This document shows, piece after piece, positions 40,077-52,604 of a stretch of DNA of 64,000 nt. Under the pieces are notes generated by a model. That model was not told where the DNA came from, ran no database searches, and saw only the letters and a list, made by a program, of their open reading frames with translations. A program made the translations under genes and the position numbers. Source of the DNA: Saccostrea echinata (lineage: Eukaryota); the NCBI RefSeq assembly GCF_033153115.1, contig NW_026889774.1:28148001-28212000 (forward strand). The letters are read 5' to 3'. Positions within the stretch are counted from its first letter, which is position 1; each line of letters begins with the position of its first letter.

Positions 40077-40083
40077 TTATATA
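40077..40083 (-). promoter_or_regulatory. Candidate TATA box of the CAP gene
   Basis: TATATAA on the minus strand ~60 bp upstream of ATG 40017. Confidence 0.45.
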
Positions 40084-41739
40084 AGGTGGTACATGTACGA
40101 TATGCTGACCATCAGTGGCGGTCATTCAGGATATAGATTTCAAACCCATTATATCCCTGTTAAGTAATGTATAGGTCCATTCGTCATCTAATTCCTTTTA
40201 TGATTAAGTGGGAGTTCACTATAACCAGGTTAATTTTAAGCGATGATTCGATCTTTCATGTTCACTGCTATTCTCTTCTCATGCACTGCAGTAGCAAAGG
40301 AAGCAATTATAGTGGGGTGTGGGGTAGGGGTGTTGGGTGGGACCGAACAGAAACTCCTTAACAACTGGGGAAAAGATCATGAAGCGTTGAGATTGAGAGG
40401 GGCACTGCTTTAAATTAGAATAGGTTTTTTCTATCGTGTAGTATATATTGATAAAATTACCCCCCCCCCCCCCGATTACTGTGGGCCTGCAGTGGGGTTT
40501 TAAATATATATAAATTATGATCATCAGTACCACAAACACATTATTACTAAAAGAATCTTTATAATTTATTTTTTTTAATGAATATTACGGACAGAGTTGT
40601 GTGTTTTTCATAGGGGATAGAAAAACCTTCTTTGAGTTAAAAATGACAAAAACAACAAGACATAGAAAATTGCATTTACACAACCATATCTGCGTAATAT
40701 TAATTTGCTAAAATAGTGCAATACAATCAAGTTTGTACAAAATATATTTTTATTTCATTAATTAATGAAATAGATCTATATAAGCACTTTCTTCATCTTC
40801 TGCGGTGTTGAGTAAATAAATGTCTAAATTCTAAAGCTTAGAGATAGACATAATTTAGCATACTAGTAGATACAATTTGTTACATATGTGTACAGATGAA
40901 GTTTCCTCCTGACAAATATACTATAATCACTTAATAACAGTAATTTAAAGCATATAATAAAATAATTAGAGTCAGGATATAACAGAAATAAATTAAGAGA
41001 CTGAAACAGTTTTCTGTATCTTCACCAAGGATGATATGATTGTACGAAAATAAGGCTGATTTTTATTCATGTATATACACATTTGTCCAAAACCATTTAA
41101 ACAACATTAAACTGTATCAATGAAGATTTTTCAGGTGGTGATTTTCGTTAATCCATTCCATATTTTACATTGTTACAAAATACTTGCAACTCGGACTTCC
41201 TCACAAAAGAAAGATGTCATTTCATAATAAAAGAAATATGATCATTCAACGAAACTAATTATCTGCCTTCCTAACCACAATGGCGGAATTTAAATTCAAC
41301 AGAGTTTTTGTGATAAGTGAGCTCTTTAGCTAAATACTGTAGACTGTATTCGAATAAAGACGACTTCCTAAAGAGTCTGTATAATATGATTAATACAATC
41401 TTCTGTATAAATTTGGTCTTTTTGATTAATTATCATGAAACAAAGACCTAATGAAGGCTTCATCTACCGAGAACACAAACGACATTACTGTCTAATTTAT
41501 TGTGTACTGCTTAAAATTATCATGTACGGTCTAATTGTTTTGAACTGTTTGTTAACATTCATGAAATTCAGAGCTGAGAGAGGGTTAAGATTCAGTTTAT
41601 ATTTACACTTGTTTTATAAAAATTGTACATGTACATGTGTTTATCTTATTCACAGTTGAAAAGTTTGAACTTTTAAGGAATAATCAAAAGATACTTAAGT
41701 TATTTCCATTATGGGATCTGGGTGGGGCTATATATAGTT

Positions 41740-41970
41740 CACCATCGCATCAAAGCACCATCGAGACGATAAAGCAATGATGCAGTGATGCGACAATTAA
41801 TGCGATGAGTATGAAGCGATAGTGTGATGACGCAGTGGTGCAATAGCGATAACACGATGGTGCGATAATGATGGCGCGATGTTTCCATGCCATCGCACTC
41901 TATACAGAGTTATCACTTTTGCACATCGTCATCGCACTATCGCACCGTCGTGTCATTGTGATCGTGCCTG
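41740..41970. repeat. CATCG/CGATG-rich foldback repeat
   Basis: CGATG-rich segment followed by an inverted CATCG-rich segment (GCGATAGTGTGATGACG vs CGTCATCGCACTATCGC). Confidence 0.55.
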
Positions 41971-42769
41971 ATAATCACTTTATATTTACAACTTCTTTGT
42001 TTATTACGAGAAAAACATAAATTAAAAAAATACTTTCAAAAATAAAATAATGGTAATGGTAATTTAATTCTCAAAAATTCTGGAACTAATGGTCATGTAA
42101 TGCATTACTTTACAATGTATTTTGGCCAAGACTGTGTAATGACACGTCATATATGGTCAGTATCACTGTAGCTTTAAAATCTTTGAAGTTCAAAATAGAA
42201 CGATTTTTTGGGGGTGATGTATGATTTTGCACTTATGTTATACCACCCAAAAGCTGAAAAACTAATCGTTGCAAGCCTGATGCACAGGGCAGGGAATTCA
42301 CTATCAGATGACAATTAACATCATGAGACCGACCACTGTTCGTTAACTTCACCTTTTACATTTCAAAACATTCATTAGATGCCATTTATTTATTTTATTA
42401 TATTTGACTTAATTTCCCTCCATGTCTTTAATCAACAGATGGATGATCAGACCCTTTCTAGATCTCTACCATGCACTTTAAATCAACTCTTTGCTTTAAA
42501 CATTCAACAACTCCAGCTTTTCTGATGTTTACTGATGGATTTGCTAATTAGCCTGAGGGTTGTTTTTCAAATGTACATATTTTCACTGAATGTGAACGAT
42601 AAAAATGATGATTGATTGATAAAACATTGCTGCAAGTTTTGTCTCTTTCAATATAAACATTAACTGGATGAACAACAATCTATAAAGTATTAAAACATAC
42701 GCCCCGTTATTAGTAGACCTATTTTTGTAATCATATGAAGCTGGATTTTTTCAAAAACGTAAACTTGAG

Positions 42770-43503
42770 AAGAAGAAAATATTTGCTGTGGCTTTCAACT
42801 CGACTTTTAGATATATCAATTACATATTATCAATTATCATAGTTACTTCCCTTCATATGTCGACACAATATATCCCAGTGAACATGAAATAAAAGATAGC
42901 AAAGGGCCTGATACATCCGTTTCATATTTGGATGTTTTACCAGAAGTTAATGGTAACAACAAAACTTTAGGATAAACGTGATAACTTAAACTTTCCTATC
43001 GTCAATTTCCCTTATATATGTAGCAATACATCATATCAGCTGCATATGGAATTTATGTCTCCCAGTTGATTCAAAACGCGATAGCATGTTCTACGTAAGA
43101 ACAACTTCTAAAACGAGGTAAACTATTGACAACCAAGATGATGAAACAAGAGTATTAGCGGTCTCGATTGGAATAATCATATCGCAAGTCCTATATGATC
43201 GATCCAATGACCTTTTCAGGAAATACAACCTATCATTGAATCAAATGCTGACTGATATTTTTCATGCAAATTGTTAGGCCATTATCTAGATCTACACACT
43301 AAATTATCTAAGGATTTTTCCGTTTTCCCAATCATGGCAAAGAGCAGACGGCGGGTGTGACCATTCGACAGGGAATGCTTGCTCCTCCATGCACCTGGTT
43401 CCACCTCTGATGTTTTTAGAGGTCTGTGTTTACTCTGCTCCTGATTTGTGTTGTTTCGGTGGACTTTTGAGCTTGATACCTATTTGTTATCTCCATATTT
43501 CAT
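42770..43503 (+). mobile_element. Decayed Penelope-like retroelement 3' fragment
   Basis: Degenerate RT C-terminus (AVAFNSTFRY..., KRD.F.F.IVNFP) and the shared 3' end; homologous to 59461-60513. Confidence 0.8.
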
Positions 43504-43747
43504 GGATTTGAAAAGCCATAGCTGCCTTAGGTCAATCTTTAATCATACAGTGTGGTTAAACCTTATTTGCAAGGATAAAATGAAATTAATCAGTGTAAAA
43601 TCTGGTAACTAATATATCACTACACATGTATAAAGTGATTGTAGTCTATTAATGTAATATACAATGATTACTGAGTAACCACATCAGATAATTAAAAGAT
43701 AAAGGCAGCTACGATGTTCCATACATTAAGATACAGAACTTTAAAAG

Positions 43748-44210
43748 TACCGTATATACTCGCCTATAAGTTGGGTTTTTTTTTTGAAACTCTGTGTCCG
43801 ACGTATAGGATTGGTTTTTTTTTTTTTTGGACGATGAAAGATAGTATTTTATAAGCAATCCCGCCGATTATCGTTTAACAAAGTCTTTATATATCACATC
43901 ATTTATGTATTCTAAGATTATGCATAACGTACAAGTATTTATAAATTTGAATAGTTTTATTTTTATCTTGAGTGTGCGTAATTTATTTTTTTTAATGATT
44001 TAAAATTAAATATCGACTTAATTTTTTAAAAATATTGATTGGAACCAGATTAAAACATCAGAGCATTGATTTGAAATTGTCAGCAAATTCTGGCAAAAAG
44101 TTGTACCGACATATAAGCGGGTCAATGGCAAATCCTTCCAAAATAACCGCAAAAAATACAACCGACTTGCACGTATAGGCGGAACGACTTATACGCGAGT
44201 AAATACGGTA
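43748..44210. mobile_element. pogo/Tigger-like MITE
   Basis: TACCGTATATACTCGCCTATAAG...CTTATACGCGAGTAAATACGGTA, TA TSD. Confidence 0.85.
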
Positions 44211-45820
44211 CATTGTTTTTAATTTCATCTCTGCTTATCTTGCAGGCTTTTACCAACGTTAAAAATGTACTGAAACTTATTAAAAAGGGCATGAATTCAT
44301 ACGTCAAAATATTTGTGGTTATAAAAAGATACAAAGGCATAAAGAAGAAAACACAGTTGGGGGGGGGGGGGGTGGATAATTTACGACGGTCCTTGCTTTC
44401 TTTCTTTAAGGATAATGGCAGGTACGCAATATTTAAAAAGAAGATATACTCAGTATATGTACCTTTACGTTTATATGCATAATTTACTTGAATGTCCATT
44501 TTTTTTTCTTTAGAGTATAGAGGGTCCTTTACCAATTTTGTTTGTCCTTACTTGGTTGTCATTACGTCAGAGAGGCGTGGAACGTTTTTGCCCAGACTCA
44601 AATCTTCAATTTCGGGGTGGGGTGAGAATGTTAGGTTTCAACTTCTTTAACAACCAAAATTTTCTTTAAACTTTGCCAATAACCCTGATTTTGATTTTGC
44701 TGCAATAAAAAGTGGAGGGGGCATCCACTTTTTAATGATCATTTTCAACAGTAAAAGGTTGCGTGTATTTTTTGGAAAAATGGCCCATATGATACTACCT
44801 GCCTGACATTTCAGCAAATCTTCTAATCTTAGATAGACACTCCCCCCCCCCCCCCCCCACACACACACAAAAACAATGGTTTTTTTTTTGTCCTAAAATG
44901 TACTGATCTTACTTAAAACACTGCTTTAAATTATGGAAGACATTAATTAAAAGTAAAATGTACTGAATTAGAGTGCAGCACGTGTATTTTCATGTGTGCA
45001 TATAAATGTTTAAATTATGCAACACAAGGAAAACAGAATGTTCAAGAAAAGTTTTTGAAAATTTCAAAAGCTAACAAAAAATAGTATTAAGTATCTTTAT
45101 GATAAAATGGTGGCCTCAATTTTTGCTTGTCTAAATTTAAGATCAAAGTATCTTGATGTGATTTGTTTCAGTTATTTGTTTTAAATTAATTCTGTACTTC
45201 GTAATTTATAGGTAACACACCCCATGAACTCTTTTAATTGTTAATTTTGTTTATTTCTTGTATTCTTCAGTAAAGTCTACAATTAGTATAATAGAAAGGT
45301 GCATTTGAGTAACACCTTTATTATATAAATGATAAAGAATTCTTAAATACTTTCAAATTCATATTTTACTTACTATTAAATAAACGAATTCGCCAAGATG
45401 ATTTGAGTATAAGTTTATTTGTAAGTATATACAATGTGTAACAGCATTTAAAAATTTAAAAAGATTTAAAATCAGCCAAGCGATTTTACATGTGACATGC
45501 ACCTGAAAAAGACACCTATCTCTCAAGTTTTTTAAATGAAAATATTTTTCCTTCATTACTCAATATTATTAACGTTACTTCCTTTTACTATTAGCTGACG
45601 AATTACCTAACAATTAACTGATTATTTAATTAACATTTAAAGTTTTTTATACAGATATATACTACAAGATACATGATGCAGAGCAGTAGAAAGAAAAAAA
45701 AATAATTATATGCAAATTATAAATCTCCATAAATTGTTGCGGTTTACATTTAAAGTCGAAAAAATCGGCGATTCACATTTCTATACACACGGATTTGAAC
45801 ATCGAGTTTTCTTAAGCATC

Positions 45821-46409
45821 ATGGTAAGTCTAGTAATAATTAACACTTCAGAGTTCCTATAACTATAACGGATTATTAAAATATGTAATTTCATTTTGAA
45901 TTCATATTAATATCAACGGCAGATAATTATTCCTTTGCATATCATTCAGTCGCTCGTGTTGAATTCATAATCAAGATAAAAAGTTGGCAAAATATGTACA
46001 TTTATTTGAATATTATTTTCAAAAGCCTCGATAAAATAATTTATAAAATAGAACAAAATTTACAAAACTCCAGCATTTTTTTCAATTTCATTGAGTTTAT
46101 TAGGTTCAAAATTTGAATTTTCTCTTCACTACTTTAATACGCCTGTAAATCTGTGAATTCAAACAATGTATTTGAATGTTGATATTCTGAAAATATGATA
46201 TGTGTGTACAATTACTGCATTTCTGTCGATCGATGTCATGTTGGTTAATTGCTATTATGTTGTGAAATGATATGAACGATGAAAAAATTGGGAATGCCAT
46301 TCCTGTATCAAAGATGGATTACCCCAAATGACCTGTTATATTTTCTTTTTTCTTTTTCTTTTTTGAAATTAAACAAAAATAAAACCAAAATATTCAATTA
46401 TCTTAAACC

Positions 46410-46451
<42 letters not shown>

Positions 46452-49400
46452 TACTAGTATCAAAATTTCATGTTATAATTTGTATCAGATGTTCAAATGG
46501 AGTAACTAAAGATCTTCAAAACATTTCATCGATTAATTTTTACTAATTTGAGTGACTAACAAGCTAAATGCAAATGAAATGAAATGTTTCAAATTTTAAA
46601 GTTATTTATCTATTATTGCTTTATTAATTTAATTTTTGGGGACCAATTTCTCACTGGAACAACTTAGGGGAGAAAAAGTTTGAGAGAATAACAAATTAAT
46701 TTCTTAGAAAATGAATTGGATTCTCAGCCGTTTCTGAAAGTGCCTGTCTTTTTGTCCAAAGGATCCAGAGAAGCAGAAACATTAGCAGCAGTAGCAAATC
46801 ACTTGAACGTTGTTTTCCTAGTTTTGTAGACGGTCTATTTGTTCACCTACACAATGATGACATCACAAATAAGGAACAATACACTGATCATTAAATCATA
46901 GTTAAGAGGATTCTGGGACCAGAGTTAACTTTCTCTAAATTTTATAATTTTCTAAACAGCTTGGCCCGTAGAAGGCGGGGGGGGGGACTTTTTCTGAGTA
47001 TAGTATTTTCCTATAGTATTTCTTTCTTTATATGCTGGTTCCCCCTCCCCCCTCACACACACACACACACACACTTTTTGTTGCAGTAAGGTCGACTGGC
47101 AAAATCCCAGGATTTGGACGGTTAATTACGTTTTTTTAATTGGCTTGTCAGATTATTTTGGGAAGTTGGCCCCCTAGCTCACTTTTGGTCAATTTAGGTT
47201 TTTTTGCTTGTCAGATTTTTTTTGGGAAGTTGCCCTCCCACCCCCCACCCCCCACACACACTTTTTAAATCGTTGCTACGGGCCTGCTAAAACATGCAAC
47301 ATTAAAATTGCTTACATGTGAATGTATGTAATAAATACACGTATATATATTTTTGTTATATAGGTGACATCATTGTTTTTTGTTGGAGTACTCCTTTTCT
47401 GTATAGGAACAGTCAATACGATCATAGTTCCACACAGTATTAACCTAAGTATCCATCCCATTCGTCCAGATTGTTCCGTTCCAGAACGTAAGTCGCCTTA
47501 CATCAAATAGTGTTAATCCGCCTGTACTGTACCAAGCGATACGTAATGGCAGACTGCTTTGTCTTGAAAGTAAGTTATTAATGTCTGGGCCACTCCATAT
47601 ACCAAGAGTGGAAAACCCCCGTAACTAGTTTTAAATACTCCAGCCTGTTCCTTACAAAATAAAGGTATGTAACTACATATCAGAATTAGTCCGTCTTAAG
47701 TGCCCTGTATCAAACGGTACACCAGATTGACACATCGATTCAAACTGATTTTCGTTTAAGAACATCAGCTTCAGTTCAAAGTTAATATGTCTAGACTACT
47801 CCAAACAAATAAATAAGTAGCTACATAACTTATTTATAAATGTTATCAGACTGGAAAGTTAGTCAACTAATATTGCCTAGATTCACGTTTTGGACGGTTA
47901 GTCTTCGCATGACAACATTTCGTCTCAGAAGACAAGTCACCAATTGACGATGTTTTTCCCGTCAGGTTTTCTCCTTACTGAAAGGTAAGTTAAATAATAA
48001 TCCCCCCCCCCCCACCACCACCATCACCATAGGAACCTCTACTACAGAAAGTAATTATTAGGTGTGTTAGTGTTACATGATAAGGCCATCATTAAAAATA
48101 TCTTTGTTTCCCCTAACCCGACCCAAAAATCTCAAGTTGGGTAGGTAGGTAGGCAATTATTTTTTTTGACAGCAGCTTTGAAAATACATTCTTAAAATTT
48201 AGTGGAATGATACCTTTATAAATAAGTTAAGTACAAAAGAAAGCGATTTGTAAACAGCTGGAATACCATACAAATGCCGTTTAGACTAACATTTAAAATC
48301 AATTCACAACATTACTATTATTCAATCGAACTTTTGAAATATCTCATACTAGAGTAAATTTGTTGAAATTGAATACTTCTGTGTAAAAAATTCTCGGGTA
48401 CGCATAAACCGGACATCCGAGTATTTTTTTCATACCTACGTACTATCAGCTTCCAGTGCTTATATATGCATTTCAAAGGCTTCGAATTGTGCAGTGGTTC
48501 TGGAGCATTTCGTTTTGGAGTCTCAAAGTAAGGAGCTATTTCTAAGTTACAGGTTCAAATCCCAATGCGGGACGTTGAGACCGGTTCTTCGAATGAGACC
48601 TTAAAAACTTAGGTCCAGTGTCGCAGTAGATACTGGCAAGAAAAAGATCCCTCACTGCTCAATGGCCTCGTGCCGCGTATAAGTCTAAATTTTGAGCCCT
48701 TCACCAGAAAAATGTTGTTGTCCCAATAATTATCAAAGGAATTCAAATCAAAGAAACAACCAATCTTCAAGGGCCTTATTAAAGAAAAATACACGGACGT
48801 CTCAGGAATCTTGTATCATAGTTTCAAATCTACTTGAAAAAAGTATGTTGCCCATATTTAATTGAGACAAACCATATCTAAAAATGATAAAATGTCATAC
48901 ACAATGTCAAAGTCATGAAGTTTAACCCATGAATAGATAGTTTTCCTATGACATATTTTGCCTCAGAGTTATTCCCGTTGGCCGCCATCTTGTAGGTCAA
49001 AGTAGTGAAGTTTCCTCTTTGAGCAACCAATTTTAAACATGTATGGCAGATACATACATGTATTGGAAAAAATATGTACAGTATTGAAATTATGAATCTA
49101 AATAGGCTTCAACAAACGTATATTCATATATAAGAAAAACGATGTTATCTTCACCTCAGTGCCCAGTATAGAAAGTTGAACTTGGTTGAATAATGAAGGG
49201 ATCTGGCATGTTGACCTACAATACGGCAGCCATGGGGAAATAACTCTTGCTTAAATCACTTCGATGGAAAACCATCTATAAAAGGCATGAAGAAAGGATT
49301 TTAAACTCTATTCATTAGGATGAAATATGCAGACTTATTTAACAACTCTTATGGTCCCATATTTTTAACATAGGATGAACTGTTCATAAGATCAAAACTC

Positions 49401-50687
49401 AAATTAAATAAAATGTTTGGTTTGTTCGCAAGGTGGGCCCCTTGTCTGATCAAGAGGTGTATCATGAGGAGGGCCTACGGGCCTAAGCATGCTCTCTACG
49501 TACTTAATTTTAAGAAAGTTGGTAAATACAACCGAAACACGCTTAATAGGTCATTGTATATTATATTTTATTAACAAATGTTTCAATGCTAAAGGCATAA
49601 GGTTGATAGGTCGTCTTTCTTTTAAAACGTGAACTAATCCTCCGTGACGAGACATGTTGTGGGCGCCATTTTGTTTAAAACAAACGCTTGAAATTCTATT
49701 TTATAAAAGTTGATAAACATAAAAAAAAAATATTGGAATAATCTTATGAAAAAAACTTTCCAGTCGGCGCGTTTCAAATGGGTCGGTCGCGTTAGGGGAA
49801 ACAAAGGTATTTTTTATTTTGGCCCTACGTACTTAATTTTAAGAAAGTTGGTTAATACAACCGAAACACGCTTAATAGGTCATTGTATATTATATTTTAT
49901 TAACAAAATGTTTCAATGCTAAAGGCATAAGGTTGATTGGTCGTCTTACTTTTAAAACATGAACTAATCCTCCGTGAGACATGTTGTGGGCGCCATTTTG
50001 TTTCCAACAAACGCTTGAAATTCACAGAACAAAATCCATCGTTCTGATAAAAACGGATTTTGATGGAATTCTATTTTATAAAAGTTGATAAACATAAAAA
50101 ATATTGGAATAATCTTATGAAGAAAACTTTCCAGTCGGCGCGTTTCAAATGGGTCGGTCGCGTTAGGGGAAACAAAGGTATTTTTTATTTTGGCCTAAGC
50201 TAACGTTTTTGATGAGTATATCGGTCTGTTCTAATTTCACCGAACGTATGTATTGAATTCGTATTTATTCGTGTGTTTTTATTACTTTTTTACAGCTGGA
50301 ACAAAGCCCTTCTTCTTTGGAACCAATAATTTAGCATGTATGTTTTTGACAACTCTTGGTAAACATCGTAAAAAGCGCTCCCTGAAGATCCCCGTCCACA
50401 GTTTTGTACATAGCTTTATATACTACGATGGCTGGTTTGCTGAGTTTGGTACCAAGGAGACAACTTTACGCACACGCAGTCCTAGATACCCATATTGTGG
50501 CCCAAAACTCAATTTGCAGCCCGCCGGGTACTCCAAGTTGCCTTTTGACTGTCTACGGAGATGTGCTTCTAAATACCACCTTGCATTTGGAAAATACCAT
50601 CTCTTTAAAAACAATTGCCATTATTTTTCAAATCGAATGATGCATATTTTGTGTCATGAAGTGACTTGTCCTGTATGGTGCTTGTGA
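45821..50687 (+). CDS. Secreted PPPDE/DeSI-like (permuted NlpC/P60 papain-fold) cysteine hydrolase precursor, 172 aa
   Basis: Exons 45821-45823 (ATG|GTAAGT), 47364-47487, 50296-50687; 519 nt in frame. Signal peptide MVTSLFFVGVLLFCIGTVNT; RKKR site; His strand VHSFIYYDGWFAEFG; Cys motif YHLFKNNCHYFSN; TATAAAT at 45718-45724. Confidence 0.8.
46957..47286. mobile_element. GC-rich-TIR MITE, 5-bp TSD
   Basis: CAG..GGCCCGTAG...CTACGGGCCTG flanked by CTAAA on both sides. Confidence 0.7.
48084..50195. mobile_element. Non-autonomous Zator/Harbinger-like element (TAA TSD) with duplicated right end
   Basis: GGCC..AAAAATATCTTTGTTTCCCCTAAC.CGACC inverted to GGTCGCGTTAGGGGAAACAAAGGTATTTTTTATTTTGGCC; TAA on both sides; intronic. 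Confidence 0.8.
48488..48763 (+). mobile_element. tRNA-derived SINE (degenerate)
   Basis: A-box-like GTGCAGTGGTT, B-box GGTTCAAATCC, bivalve SINE-like core AAAGATCCCTCACTGCTCAATGGCC, A/C-rich tail. Confidence 0.65.
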
Positions 50688-50807
50688 CTGGTCAAAATAT
50701 TATCCGAATTAAACTTAGGAAGAAGTAATTTATTTATTTTTTCTTTATAAAGAAAATCTTGAATTAAAAAAGGTGATGCTCTATAACAACGCTTGATTTC
50801 AGAAATG

Positions 50808-51079
50808 TACGGAAGCCGGTTGGTGCCAGGTAGGAAAAATATTTTATCTGGCGGCCGCCAAATAATTATCTGGCGACCGCCAGATAACTTTCTGGCGACT
50901 GCCATATAAATTTTCTGGCGGCCGCCAGAAGATTAACTGTCGGCCGCCAGAAAAATATTTGCCGGCCGCCATATAAGTTTCTGGCAGCCGCCAGGTATTT
51001 ATGTGGCGGCCGCCGGGTAAAAAGATCTGGCGGCCGCCAGATAAAAAAATTTTCTACCTGGCACCAACCGGCTTCCGTA
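50808..51079. mobile_element. IS3EU-like MITE with internal palindromic 21-22 bp repeats
   Basis: Perfect TIR TACGGAAGCCGGTTGGTGCCAGGTAG, 6-bp TSD GAAATG, TAY..RTA termini; ~9 TCTGGCGGCCGCCAGA units. Confidence 0.88.
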
Positions 51080-52604
51080 GAAATGTATATATGAGTTGTT
51101 TTCAATTTACGAATATTTGAAATGTAACGCAACAAATCCTTTCTATCAATCTACTAGTTAGTGAAACGGCAGTCCATTTTTAACTCCAGACTCAAAACGT
51201 GATTTTCGTACACTTTAACAAAAAAGGATATATTTTTTCCTTAATTTTTCTGTAAATTACGCCTAAAAACACTTTGCTTAACATATTAAAAAAAACAGGT
51301 ATACTAAAGGATGTGTATTTAAATCATAAAGTTTTGAAAATAAAATAAAAGATTCATCACAATTGAATGAAAAAGTCCAAATAATTAACACAGTTCTTCT
51401 GTCCTAAAGTGGGCCTTGGATAATTTACTGGCAGACACATTCATCATGTCGTTCTTCTCTCTACAAGGTTTACCTTTTCTGCAACATCTAACTAATCAGT
51501 CATGGTATTTTTTAAACGTCTTTTAAATAATTTTCAAAGCATGGAACACATAGGCAGGTTTATAAGATAAACAAGTTTATTAACATAATAAAGTTTTAAG
51601 GTAGGAATAAAAAATTACCTAGAGAAGATATGCTTATGAAGAAGGATGTCTGTGGAATTTTGATATGGGCGTGGTGTACATGAATGCACGAATAAAAACA
51701 GTAATAGGCGATGGGAAATCCAGTAATTAATCCTACATATGAGCTACATGTAAATGGATGATCAAGAGTGTCATTAACAGTGACTTTTTTAGACGTTTGA
51801 AACATTCTTGGAGTGCTGGACATTAACATTTTAAATTTTAGACTAGGTTAGAGACTGCTAAGTTACTTATTTTAGTGGGGTCGGCCTTTCGTTTGTACCG
51901 AAAATGATTCATGAGGTTACAGAACGGAAATGATAACTGTAGTTTGAAAATTTAACACATGATGAATCCATGAATTCACGAGTTTCTTCGTAAAAATAAC
52001 GAAAATTAACCTCCTCGAAATTTAATGATTTCACAGTGTAAAAAAGGTTAAGTTGACTTGAAAACGATTTTCTCCGTAAGATATTTTTAAATGCTAGCTT
52101 TTTGAACAACTTAACAAAACGAAATCAACCTAAATGCTGTTTTGTTAGTTATAGTGTACATTAACAAAATCATTTGTATACCACTATTTTTCAGAAAAAC
52201 TCTTTATCAAAACATGTAAAATTTGTAAATATACACATTTAACCTATTCTATACCTTCTTTATTAATTATCAAAATACTGAATAACCTTTCTGTCAGTTT
52301 CGCACATCGTCCTTGTCTGCAATGTGATGAGCTGTACAAATTAATCTCTGCATAAAGTAAAATGCACAAATCATGGCAAAAATAAGGGAATTTTTTTTTT
52401 TTGGTGTTGAAAATATTTTATTTAGAATACGTCAAAAGAATTGGACACAAGTTCCAAAAACTTAGGTAGCCCCCCCCCCCCCCCAATTATATGGTTTATC
52501 CGCTAAAAGAATGATATACAAATACATAAATTATAGACTTGATATATATTATACAAAGATTCATTGTCTAATGAAGTCATGTTAAAAATACATATGTACG
52601 ATTA

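Noticed and set aside
47488-47666. Coding-looking sequence after exon 2 of the hydrolase gene, on either strand
   Set aside because: Stops in all plus frames and no partner exons on the minus strand; treated as intron.
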